A stretch of DNA of 64,000 nucleotides. Origin: Candidatus Acidiferrales bacterium (GTDB lineage Bacteria; Acidobacteriota; Terriglobia; Acidiferrales; UBA7541). The notes under the pieces are model-generated. The model was not told the origin of the DNA. It worked only from the letters and a program-made list of their open reading frames with translations, and ran no database searches. The translations under genes were made by a program, and so were the position numbers. The DNA is taken from assembly GCA_036796475.1 (NCBI GenBank), contig DAIRCW010000001.1, forward strand, positions 2,127 to 66,126, given 5' to 3'. This document shows positions 29,345 to 37,835 of this stretch, piece by piece. The first letter of the stretch is position 1. Every line of letters begins with the position of its first letter.

Positions 29345-30340
29345 TCACGGCTGAATCGGCTCATACACAATCATCCGGCAAACAGGCTGGTCGTCCTCCT
29401 CCGCTTCCGGTGTGAAAACGCGATGCGTTTGAGCGTCAACTTCCAGCGTATGCACGCCCTTCTGCACCGGAAAATCCTCGAGCTTGCGAAAATGATCGGC
29501 ATCCTGTTCTTCGATCACGGTTATCGCGCCGCTCTCGCATGCCACGTAAATCCGCCGCAGGCCTGCGTCGAATTTCACGTCATCGGCGCCCTCCGGCAGC
29601 GGGATGTGGGCAATCGCGCGATGCCTTTCTAAATCGAAAACGGTGAACACGTTGTTGCCCACGCACAGCAAGAACGCGCGCCGGTTCTTCGCGTCGATCG
29701 CCATCGCGTGATTGAAGTCGCATCCCGCCACGTGGTATCGAGCCGCCACCTTGTCCGCCTGTGGATCAATCTCTGCAATTTCATTCGCGTTACGCAAATT
29801 CAGCCAGACTTTTCGGCCTACCTCATCGTACTGCGTCATCCCTGTCTCGCTCTCGAAGCGCAGCGTTTTCGCCGGCTTATCGCTGCGAACGTCAATCGCC
29901 TGCAACTCCTTGCCCAGCGTGTCTGAAATATAGACCTTGCCGAAGTCCTTCGCGTACGTTCCGCCGTTCGGCTTTTCACTTGATGCCAGCCGCTTCACTA
30001 CTTTCATCTGCTTCAGATTCACCACGCCGATTTTGTTCTCGCCCCAGTCGCATGCGTACACTTTTTTGAATCCCGGCACGTACACCGGCACGGTAATTCC
30101 GGGGAGCCCGTGAATAGCCGCGACCACTGCGTTTCGCTGCACGTCAATCACGTACAAAATGCCCGCTCCGGTCTGTGCGGAAAGCAAATAATGATCGTCG
30201 TAATCCATAGCGAGGTGATCGAAGTGCCCTCCCCTGGGCCCGTGCAGGTCAATCGTGGTAATTTTTTTCAGCGTTGCGCCATGCGTGGGAATGGCAAAGC
30301 AAGCAGCCAGAGCGCAGGCGATCTCGGCGAGCGTTCGCAT
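29345..30340 (-). CDS. secreted YncE/YVTN-type beta-propeller repeat protein
   Basis: ATG 30340 lies 2 nt after the rhodanese stop. Signal peptide, then repeated propeller blades (YVIDVQRNAVVAAIHGLPG, VVNLKQMKVVKRL and others). Confidence 0.7.
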   Translation of the reverse strand: MRTLAEIACALAACFAIPTHGATLKKITTIDLHGPRGGHFDHLAMDYDDHYLLSAQTGAGILYVIDVQRNAVVAAIHGLPGITVPVYVPGFKKVYACDWGENKIGVVNLKQMKVVKRLASSEKPNGGTYAKDFGKVYISDTLGKELQAIDVRSDKPAKTLRFESETGMTQYDEVGRKVWLNLRNANEIAEIDPQADKVAARYHVAGCDFNHAMAIDAKNRRAFLLCVGNNVFTVFDLERHRAIAHIPLPEGADDVKFDAGLRRIYVACESGAITVIEEQDADHFRKLEDFPVQKGVHTLEVDAQTHRVFTPEAEEDDQPVCRMIVYEPIQP

Positions 30341-30342
30341 GC

Positions 30343-30834
30343 TCAGCTCTTTTTCCGTTCCACCGGGTATCCCTGCCCAATCCAATCGTGTGCAAAATCC
30401 TGGGGAATCAGCAGCACCATCACGCGCGCGAATCCCATCTGCCGCAGCGCTTCATACGCGGGCTTCACATTGGGACACTTCTCCCACGGACAGCAGCCGC
30501 AGTAGATCACCACTTCTTTGTCGTGCGGAATTTTCGCGGCGGCTTGTTTCAGTTGTGCCAGGCCTGCTGTTGTCGAAGCCGGGCCCGCGAAAATCGCTGC
30601 CGGGATATGTCCGCCGTCATAGAGAATTTCGAAACCAACGTACAGCACCGGCGGGCGCGCGCCCTTGGGCCCGTTGAGCCGCTTTTCCAGTTCCGCAGGG
30701 GAAATTTGCCGCGCGTCTTTCCATTCCGCCGCCAATTTAGCTGGCTGCGAAACCTTCGCTGTTTGCGTCTGGCCCTTTGCCCCCAGCGCAAATGCAAACA
30801 CAAGCAGTGGCAGAAGCCATCGCCGAACTTTCAT
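30343..30834 (-). CDS. periplasmic rhodanese-like domain protein with atypical Cys-rich active-site loop
   Basis: Signal peptide and rhodanese topology (GHIPAA...VVIYCGCCPWEKCPN...GFARVMVL). GGGAGG RBS. Confidence 0.7.
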   Translation of the reverse strand: MKVRRWLLPLLVFAFALGAKGQTQTAKVSQPAKLAAEWKDARQISPAELEKRLNGPKGARPPVLYVGFEILYDGGHIPAAIFAGPASTTAGLAQLKQAAAKIPHDKEVVIYCGCCPWEKCPNVKPAYEALRQMGFARVMVLLIPQDFAHDWIGQGYPVERKKS

Positions 30835-30962
30835 CGAGCCTCCCGGTGTGTGCCAAATAATCGCATCTCACTCGCATTATCCTGCAAGTCCCCGCGGCTG
30901 CCCCAAAAAGATTTCCGCTGCCGCCGGTTTTGGAAGTAAGCTCCGCGATAAGGAGAGCACGA

Positions 30963-31811
30963 ATGTTTCAACCCGATTTACTGAAGGGCCGGTCGATTTT
31001 CATCACCGGCGGTGGCACCGGACTTGGCCGCTCGATGGCTCTGCGCTTCGCCGAGCTTGGCGCAAATATTTTTCTCACCGGCCGCCGCGAAGAGCCGCTG
31101 ACGAAAACCTGCGACGAGATTCGCAAGAAGAATGCGCGTGCCGCCTATGCCTGCTGTGACGTTCGCGATTTTGCCGCTGTCGAGGAAACAGTCGCTGCCG
31201 CCGAGAAGGAATTTGGCCGTATCGACACGCTGGTCAACAACGCCGCCGGAAATTTTATCGCGCGCACCGAAAAACTTTCGCCCAATGCCTTTGCTGCCGT
31301 CACCGGCATCGTTCTTCAAGGCACCTTCCATTGCACACTTGTCCTGGGGCGCAAGTGGATTGCCGTGCGCCAGCCGGGCAACATTCTGAACATTGCCGCC
31401 ACCTACGCCGCGGTCGGGTCTGGCTCGGGATTCGTCGTTCCCTCCGCGTGCGCCAAAGCCGGAGTGCTGGCCATGACGCGCTCTCTCGCGGTGGAATGGG
31501 CGCGCTATAAAATCCGCCTGAACGCGATTGCCCCTGGACCATTTCCCACCGAAGGCGCATGGTCACGCTTGTTGCCTGCACAGGATTTGGAAGACCGCGC
31601 TAGGCTGGCGCATCCTATGAAAAGATTTGGGCGGCACGAAGAACTTGCAAACCTCGCTGCCTACTTGCTGAGCGATATGTCCGAATACATCAATGGCGAA
31701 TGCGTGGTAATCGACGGAGCGCTTTGGCTCCGTGGCGCAGGCGAGTTCAACGATTTTGTGGATTTTCCCGATGAAGCTTGGGAGAAGCTGGAAGCGGCCC
31801 GAAAAAAGTAA
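30963..31811 (+). CDS. SDR-family oxidoreductase (2,4-dienoyl-CoA reductase-like)
   Basis: TGGGTGLG cofactor motif, NNAAGNF, and an active-site region. ATG 30963 has a GGAG RBS. Confidence 0.85.
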   Translation: MFQPDLLKGRSIFITGGGTGLGRSMALRFAELGANIFLTGRREEPLTKTCDEIRKKNARAAYACCDVRDFAAVEETVAAAEKEFGRIDTLVNNAAGNFIARTEKLSPNAFAAVTGIVLQGTFHCTLVLGRKWIAVRQPGNILNIAATYAAVGSGSGFVVPSACAKAGVLAMTRSLAVEWARYKIRLNAIAPGPFPTEGAWSRLLPAQDLEDRARLAHPMKRFGRHEELANLAAYLLSDMSEYINGECVVIDGALWLRGAGEFNDFVDFPDEAWEKLEAARKK

Positions 31812-31820
31812 ACGGGAGGA

Positions 31821-32048
31821 TTACGCAGCTGCGGCAAGTTTCGCGCGGATTTTATCCGTCGAGAGCTCAGAAACCGGCAGGGCGAGAGTGCTGTGGGTCA
31901 CGGGGTGATTAAACAGCACTAGATCGTCGCCCCAGCCGGTCTGAAAGCCGCAGAATGTAGCTCCGGCGAGCTCCACGGTCTCCATCATTAGCCGGAGATA
32001 ATAATTAGCGAGCGGCTCAAGATTTTGTTTCGGTGATTCTTTCTTCAT
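31821..32048 (-). CDS. small hypothetical protein
   Basis: An open frame only, with no motif. Start chosen at ATG 32048. Confidence 0.25.
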   Translation of the reverse strand: MKKESPKQNLEPLANYYLRLMMETVELAGATFCGFQTGWGDDLVLFNHPVTHSTLALPVSELSTDKIRAKLAAAA

Positions 32049-32260
32049 GCGCGAAAGAATTGCACTGCTGTGCAACCAGTGGAATACACCGTCACCTCTA
32101 CATGAGCGGGTAAAGTATTGTAGGCTGGCTTAGCCGCTATGGATCGTCGCGCCTGCCCCCTCTCCGGGATTTTTCAGTTCGATTCGCCGGAAAGTCGAAT
32201 CGGTTCGGCAAGTTGGGCTTGGCTACGCCGGTTGAAACAATATTCAGACTGGTGCTTGGG

Positions 32261-32339
32261 CTATTTCTAATCGCAACAGCAAAAAATTGGAATCGCCCGT
32301 AAGTCATTGAAAACAAAGCATCGGCCTATTTCTAATCGC
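32261..32339. repeat. two copies of a perfect 14-mer CTATTTCTAATCGC (32261-32274, 32326-32339) in the 400-nt gap upstream of ffh
   Basis: Read directly. The flanks are also similar (GGGCTATTTCTAATCGCAACA / GGCCTATTTCTAATCGCCACA). Confidence 0.9.
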
Positions 32340-32475
32340 CACATTTCGAGCATTGTTGCCTTTGTTTGGGTCGCCCGCCCACCACCCCCCAAGTTGACGC
32401 TGCACACCGCAAACGCTATTCTGAGCATCTGCAAGGGGGAAGGGCCTTCGAGATACAGGTGAGCACCCGCTAATC

Positions 32476-33822
32476 ATGTTTGAGAACCTTACCGAAAAAC
32501 TACAGCGCGCATTCAAAAACCTGCGCGGCCAGGGCAAGCTCACTGAAGAGCACCTGGATGCCGGTCTGGTGCAGATACGCGAAGCACTGCTCGACGCGGA
32601 CGTCAACTTGGGAGTTGCGGACGAGATGATTGCGCACGTCCGCGAGAAAGCGCTCGGCTCGGAAGTGCTGCTGCAGCTTTCTCCCGATCAGCAAGTAGTG
32701 AAAATTGTCCGCGACGAACTTGCCGAACTGCTCGGCAAGGAAGTTCGCATGCAGTTCGCGTCGCGACCGCCTTCCGTCTGGATGATCGTGGGACTGCAAG
32801 GTTCGGGCAAAACCACCACTACGGGAAAGCTGGGCAAGTGGCTCGGCGAACATGGACATCGGCCGGTCGTGGTTTCCACCGACGTTTATCGTCCCGCCGC
32901 GCGAGAACAATTGGCGCAGGTTGCCAAGGCGACACACACCCCGAATTGGCCTGGCAAGGAAAACGACAAGCCTCTCGAACTTGTGCGCGGGGCAATGCGC
33001 GAAGCAAAGCTCTCCGCCTACGATGTGGTGTTGGTAGATACGGCAGGCCGGCTGCACATCGACGATGAATTGATGAACGAACTCGGCTTGCTCAAGAAAG
33101 AATTATCGCCGGCAGAAATTCTGTTTGTTGCTGACGCGATGATTGGCCAGGACGCAGTACGCTCGGCCGGTGAATTCCACAAGCGGCTAGGGATTAGCGG
33201 CGTGGTGCTGACCAAGCTAGACGGCGATGCGCGTGGCGGCGCGGCGCTTTCCATCCGGAAAGTCACTGGAGCGCCCGTGAAATTTGCCGGAATCGGAGAA
33301 AAATACGACGCCATCGAACAGTTCCATCCCGACCGCATTATTTCTCGAATTCTGGGCATGGGCGACGTTCTCACGCTGATTGAAAAAGCGGAAAAGACGA
33401 TTGACGAAAAGCAGGCCCGGGAACTGCAGCGCAAGCTGGCGCATGACGAATTTTCGTTGGAAGATTTTCGCGATCAGCTGAAGCAGATTCGCAAGATGGG
33501 CTCCATCGAGCAACTGATGGGAATGCTGCCGAAAATCGGCCCCTTCGCCAAGTTGCCGAAAAACGCGGAGATTGACGAAAGCCGCTTAAGAGTAGCGGAG
33601 GCGGTGATTAATTCAATGACTGCTGCCGAACGCGGTGACCATCATTTGATTGACGGCAAGCGGCGCAAACGCATTGCGCGCGGTAGCGGCACAAGCGTGC
33701 AGGACGTCAACGAAGTCCTGAAGCAATATGTGGAAATGCGGCGCATGATTAAAATGTACGGTAATACAATGCGCGGCAAGATGCGCGGCCTCGGCAAACT
33801 CCGCTCCTCCCTCGGCCAGTAG
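32476..33822 (+). CDS. ffh: signal recognition particle protein Ffh
   Basis: MFENLTEKLQ start, GTPase motifs GLQGSGKTTT / DTAGR / TKLD, and a Met-rich M domain. Confidence 0.97.
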   Translation: MFENLTEKLQRAFKNLRGQGKLTEEHLDAGLVQIREALLDADVNLGVADEMIAHVREKALGSEVLLQLSPDQQVVKIVRDELAELLGKEVRMQFASRPPSVWMIVGLQGSGKTTTTGKLGKWLGEHGHRPVVVSTDVYRPAAREQLAQVAKATHTPNWPGKENDKPLELVRGAMREAKLSAYDVVLVDTAGRLHIDDELMNELGLLKKELSPAEILFVADAMIGQDAVRSAGEFHKRLGISGVVLTKLDGDARGGAALSIRKVTGAPVKFAGIGEKYDAIEQFHPDRIISRILGMGDVLTLIEKAEKTIDEKQARELQRKLAHDEFSLEDFRDQLKQIRKMGSIEQLMGMLPKIGPFAKLPKNAEIDESRLRVAEAVINSMTAAERGDHHLIDGKRRKRIARGSGTSVQDVNEVLKQYVEMRRMIKMYGNTMRGKMRGLGKLRSSLGQ

Positions 33823-33990
33823 CCCGCATTTCAACGAATAGCCGTCACCAACTCCAGTCAAGGCGTTAAGCGATCTTCAAATCAGTTTTTCTTCATTGGT
33901 TTTCTCCTCAAAATCCAGCAGCCGTTAAACTTTAGCGATATTTGACTAAGCGTCGGTCTTCCAGTCTGAATGAAGCTCGCCGACGAGTTC

Positions 33991-34016
33991 GCTTTCGTGA
34001 CTTGCGTCACGAAAGC
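33991..34016. repeat. perfect 11-bp inverted repeat GCTTTCGTGAC-ttgc-GTCACGAAAGC
   Basis: Read directly. It lies ~275 nt upstream of the decaheme cytochrome start and has no T-tract after it. Confidence 0.9.
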
Positions 34017-34291
34017 ATGTGTCCGCGGTCATAACGCTGGTGTTGGTGATGCTGTATCAGAGGAGATGTTCGGGCAGAGAAATGCAGGAAGGCTGGAACG
34101 GGGCAAATGCCAGCGCGATTGGTGCCAAAACGGGATTCCGACACTCGCGTGGGTTCCATTTCGGTCACCGGCGAATGTTTTACGGCTGTGATGCACGTCA
34201 CAGTCTGAATCGTGGCGAACGTGTTATACGGTGTCAAAGATTTCTTTGAACTTGTGCAGGGCACATCTGAACTCTGATGAGAGGTACGTGT

Positions 34292-35224
34292 ATGGGGCGT
34301 GTCAAGATCGTGAGTTCAGCAGTTATTCTAGCTTGTGCGATTGTGGCATCGTCCAGGGCCGCTCTTGCGGGGCCACAGGACGCAAAGGCCAAGACCGATG
34401 CGCAGCAGGCGGCCACGGCGAAGTATGCGGGTTCGGATGCCTGCAAAGCCTGTCACTCGGATGAGTACACCAGCTGGGAAAAATCGCCGCACTGGAAAAC
34501 GACGTTAGACACGCGGCAGGGCTCTTCCCACCAAGGATGCGAGGCATGCCACGGAGCGGCCGCGAATCACGTGGCGGACCCGAGCGACATGTCCGGTCTG
34601 TTCATTTTCACCAAAGCCTCTCCCAAAGAAATCAATGAGCGCTGCCTGGAATGCCACGCTTCCAGCACCGAGCACATGCAGGCCATAAATTCGCTGCACG
34701 CAAAAAATGGCGTGTCCTGCACATCGTGCCACTCGCCCCACCACGCGGTTACAGAACACTTTCTCCTGGCCAAGAAACAGCCGGATTTGTGCTTCTCCTG
34801 TCATTTGAAAGAAAGGTCGCAGTTCGCGATGCCTTTCCACCACCGCGTCAATGAAGGGCTGGTGCAGTGCACGGATTGCCATAACCCCCATGGGACGGAG
34901 CGGCCCCATCAGTTGCGGGCTTCCGCGGCACAGGACGCTGTTTGCTTCAAATGCCACGCCGATAAGCAAGGACCTTTTATGTTTGAGCACGAGCCGGTCA
35001 AGGTGGAAGGCTGCACATCGTGCCACATTCCCCACGGATCGCCGAATCCCCACCTGTTGAAGGTGAGCAACGTGAATCTGCTGTGCTTGCAATGCCATAC
35101 AGCATCGTTCGCAAATGCGCCTGGCGCGCCGTCCTTCCACAACCAATCGACGCAATTCCAGGCGTGCACCATCTGTCATACGCAAATTCACGGCTCGAAC
35201 ATCGACAAGTTTTTCTTCAGATAG
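34292..35224 (+). CDS. periplasmic decaheme c-type cytochrome, MtrA/DmsE/PioA/MtoA-like
   Basis: Signal peptide and exactly ten CXXCH motifs in ~310 aa. C-terminal CTICHTQIHGSN. ATG 34292 (GAGAGG RBS) is preferred over ATG 34277. Confidence 0.9.
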   Translation: MGRVKIVSSAVILACAIVASSRAALAGPQDAKAKTDAQQAATAKYAGSDACKACHSDEYTSWEKSPHWKTTLDTRQGSSHQGCEACHGAAANHVADPSDMSGLFIFTKASPKEINERCLECHASSTEHMQAINSLHAKNGVSCTSCHSPHHAVTEHFLLAKKQPDLCFSCHLKERSQFAMPFHHRVNEGLVQCTDCHNPHGTERPHQLRASAAQDAVCFKCHADKQGPFMFEHEPVKVEGCTSCHIPHGSPNPHLLKVSNVNLLCLQCHTASFANAPGAPSFHNQSTQFQACTICHTQIHGSNIDKFFFR

Positions 35225-35249
35225 TTTCAGACGATGCGGAGCGACTGAA

Positions 35250-37793
35250 ATGAACGACTCAAGCTCCAGGCGGAACGGCGGGGTGAAGCCCATGAGAACT
35301 CTGGTAAGAAGTTGCATGATTGGCTGGCTTGCTCTGGTGGTAGCGCTGTTCTTTACGACCAGGACGGGCGCCCAGCAATCGAGCGGGCAGAGCAGCGGGA
35401 CCGAGCAAACTTCAAGTGGCATGCAGTCCGGCGACTATAACGTCCACCAAAGCATCGAATTCGGCTATCGCGACAGCATGATTGACGGCAGCATCGATAA
35501 TTACGACACATTCGAGAATCTTGGTTCCGGCGTGCGACTCTTCGACTACACGCTGGACATGCGTTCGCGCGATCACAAAGGATTTTTCTTTGACAATCTG
35601 AGCTTCAGCAACTTCGGATACGGCGGCGATCCCAACGATGTCAGCAGGCTGCAATTTGACAAAAACAAATGGTACGAGTTCCGCGCGCTCTTCCGGCGCG
35701 ACAAGAATTTCTGGAATTACAACCTGCTGGCGAATCCGCTGAATCCGGCGAGTTCCGTTCCCGCTTTGCCGATTGTAGATTCGCCGCATTCGATGGATCT
35801 GGTGCGGAGGATGCAGGATTACGACTTGACGCTCTTGCCGCAATCGCGGCTGCGCTTCCGCCTCGGATATTCGCACAATGTGAACGAAGGCCCGGGATTG
35901 ACGACGCTGGATGGCGGAACGGAGCCTGTACTGGCGGAGAATTTTCGTTACACAACAAACGCGTACCGCATGGGCGCGGATTTCCGTTTTCTGCCAAAGA
36001 CGACCATTTCGTTCGATGAATTGTTGACCTATTTCAAGCAGGACAGCACCGTAACGGATCAGAATTTTCCCTTCGTGCTGTCGGATGGCACGCCCGCGGA
36101 TTTGGGAATCATCTTCAACACGGCCGGAAAAACGCCGTGCACGGCACCGATCCTGGACAGCACGACCAATCCGCCGACGGCCAATGCGAACTGCAATGGC
36201 TACCTCGCCTACAGTCGCGTGGGCCGGCCGCGCTCCTCTTTTCCGACGGAGCGGCTATCGTTTCAATCGAATTACATCAAGAACCTGGAAATGTCGGGCG
36301 GCATCAGCTATAGCAGCGACAAAAATTCCACGCCGGACTTCAATGAGTTTATCAATGGCTGGACGAGCCGCACGGCGAGCAGGGGCGGGACGGTGAGTGG
36401 CCCGTCGCAAGCGAAACGCGTGGCGGTAGACGCTAATTTCGCGGCGGATTACCAGATCAACGATAAGCTGAGCGTAGTGGATGAATTCCGCTATTACAAC
36501 TGGCGCATTCCGTCGATGTGGTTTACCGCGGATACGAATTTCTTCGGAACACCGCCGGCGGTGGCCGGACAAGCAGGTTTGTCGCTGCCGATTGCGCAGG
36601 TAAACGTGTCAAATTTCGCGGCGGTCTGCGGCGCGTCGCCGTATAACGGGCCGAATTGCCCGCAGCACGCGTCTGGCTCTCCGGCGGACGTGCTGGACGA
36701 ATTTGTTTCGCAATTCCTGGGACAGAATCTGCGTTCGAACACGCTGGAATTGGAGTACGCATTTACGCACCGGGTGAGAGCTCGGATCGGCTACGAGTAC
36801 ACGGCGCGCACGATTGCCGACTTCAGCGCGACATTCGATACTGCTGAGGCATATTTCCCAGGAGGTGCAACAGGAACGGCGGCGAATGACTTTCTTGCGG
36901 CGCGCGGCGATTGCGCCATGGTCAGTGGAGTGCTTCCCGCCGGATGCGCACTCGATCCAGCGACCGGAATTATTACGGAAGGAACGCCCACCTCTCCCGT
37001 GCCGGACGCGGCCAACGATACGGCGAGAAACATCACCGACATTCACGAGCATGCGCTGCTGGCGGGAGTATCCGCGAATCCAACAGACAAACTGAGGCTG
37101 AGCGCGGATTTTACATTCGGTTTCAACGACAAGTCGTTTACCCGCATCAGCCCGCGGAACTTGCAGATTTACAACATCCAGGCTACCTATACACCGATAT
37201 CGTGGGCCAGCATCGGCGCGTCACTGAACATTCACGAGAACCGCGATAATGTGCTGACCGTGAACAATCTGGGGCATGACCGGACTTTTGGGTTGGTCAC
37301 CACTTTGGCGCCTAATTCGCGCGTGTGGGGCGACCTCGGATACGATTACACGAACGTCTACACGCAGGCGAACGTTTGTTTTGCTGAGCCAGGGTCGGCG
37401 GTATTCACCACGCCTTGCACCATAGCCGGCGAGGAGCAACCGACACTGGAAGCCCTTTCGTTTTACAAGAGCACGGATCACTTCGTCTATGGGAATTTGA
37501 TGTGGAAGCCAGTGAAGCGGGTTACTGGAATGGTCGGATACGCCGGGAGCATTGTGCGCGGGAGTACGCTCTTCCTTAATCCGCGGGCGCCCACCGGGCC
37601 GCTGGAATTCAACTACATCAAGCCGAGCGTTAGCCTGGCCATTGAGATCTACAAGGACGTGACGTACAAGACAGCGTGGAATTATTACGGGTACAACGAC
37701 AAAGGCGTGGTGAATCCAGCGGGATTGGCGCCGTTGCCGCTGCAGGATTTCAACGGGAATAACGTGACGTTCTCTTTGCGCTATGCGTTTTAG
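35250..37793 (+). CDS. large outer-membrane beta-barrel protein, MtrB/PioB/MtoB-like (decaheme-associated porin)
   Basis: GGAG RBS before ATG 35250, with signal peptide ...ALFFTTRTGAQQ. ~847 aa, no heme motifs, Gly/aromatic-rich alternating pattern, terminal ...FSLRYAF. Directly downstream of the decaheme gene. Confidence 0.75.
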   Translation: MNDSSSRRNGGVKPMRTLVRSCMIGWLALVVALFFTTRTGAQQSSGQSSGTEQTSSGMQSGDYNVHQSIEFGYRDSMIDGSIDNYDTFENLGSGVRLFDYTLDMRSRDHKGFFFDNLSFSNFGYGGDPNDVSRLQFDKNKWYEFRALFRRDKNFWNYNLLANPLNPASSVPALPIVDSPHSMDLVRRMQDYDLTLLPQSRLRFRLGYSHNVNEGPGLTTLDGGTEPVLAENFRYTTNAYRMGADFRFLPKTTISFDELLTYFKQDSTVTDQNFPFVLSDGTPADLGIIFNTAGKTPCTAPILDSTTNPPTANANCNGYLAYSRVGRPRSSFPTERLSFQSNYIKNLEMSGGISYSSDKNSTPDFNEFINGWTSRTASRGGTVSGPSQAKRVAVDANFAADYQINDKLSVVDEFRYYNWRIPSMWFTADTNFFGTPPAVAGQAGLSLPIAQVNVSNFAAVCGASPYNGPNCPQHASGSPADVLDEFVSQFLGQNLRSNTLELEYAFTHRVRARIGYEYTARTIADFSATFDTAEAYFPGGATGTAANDFLAARGDCAMVSGVLPAGCALDPATGIITEGTPTSPVPDAANDTARNITDIHEHALLAGVSANPTDKLRLSADFTFGFNDKSFTRISPRNLQIYNIQATYTPISWASIGASLNIHENRDNVLTVNNLGHDRTFGLVTTLAPNSRVWGDLGYDYTNVYTQANVCFAEPGSAVFTTPCTIAGEEQPTLEALSFYKSTDHFVYGNLMWKPVKRVTGMVGYAGSIVRGSTLFLNPRAPTGPLEFNYIKPSVSLAIEIYKDVTYKTAWNYYGYNDKGVVNPAGLAPLPLQDFNGNNVTFSLRYAF

Positions 37794-37835
37794 CAGGAAT
37801 GTGATGTCGAGTTCAAATCAACGGAGGCAAACCAG

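Noticed and set aside
32258-32343. A two-copy repeat with 65-nt spacing considered as a mini CRISPR array.
   Set aside because: There are only two copies, the conserved core is ~14-21 nt (too short for a CRISPR repeat), the repeat has no internal palindrome, and there are no cas genes in 64 kb.
33970-34191. A 73-aa ORF in the gap upstream of the decaheme gene.
   Set aside because: It has no RBS and no motifs, and it spans the 26-nt palindrome. The region is more likely non-coding regulatory sequence.
35115-35249. An upstream extension of the barrel ORF that overlaps the decaheme gene.
   Set aside because: The extension is Arg/Ser-rich and lacks a signal peptide. ATG 35250 has a GGAG RBS and is followed by a proper signal peptide.
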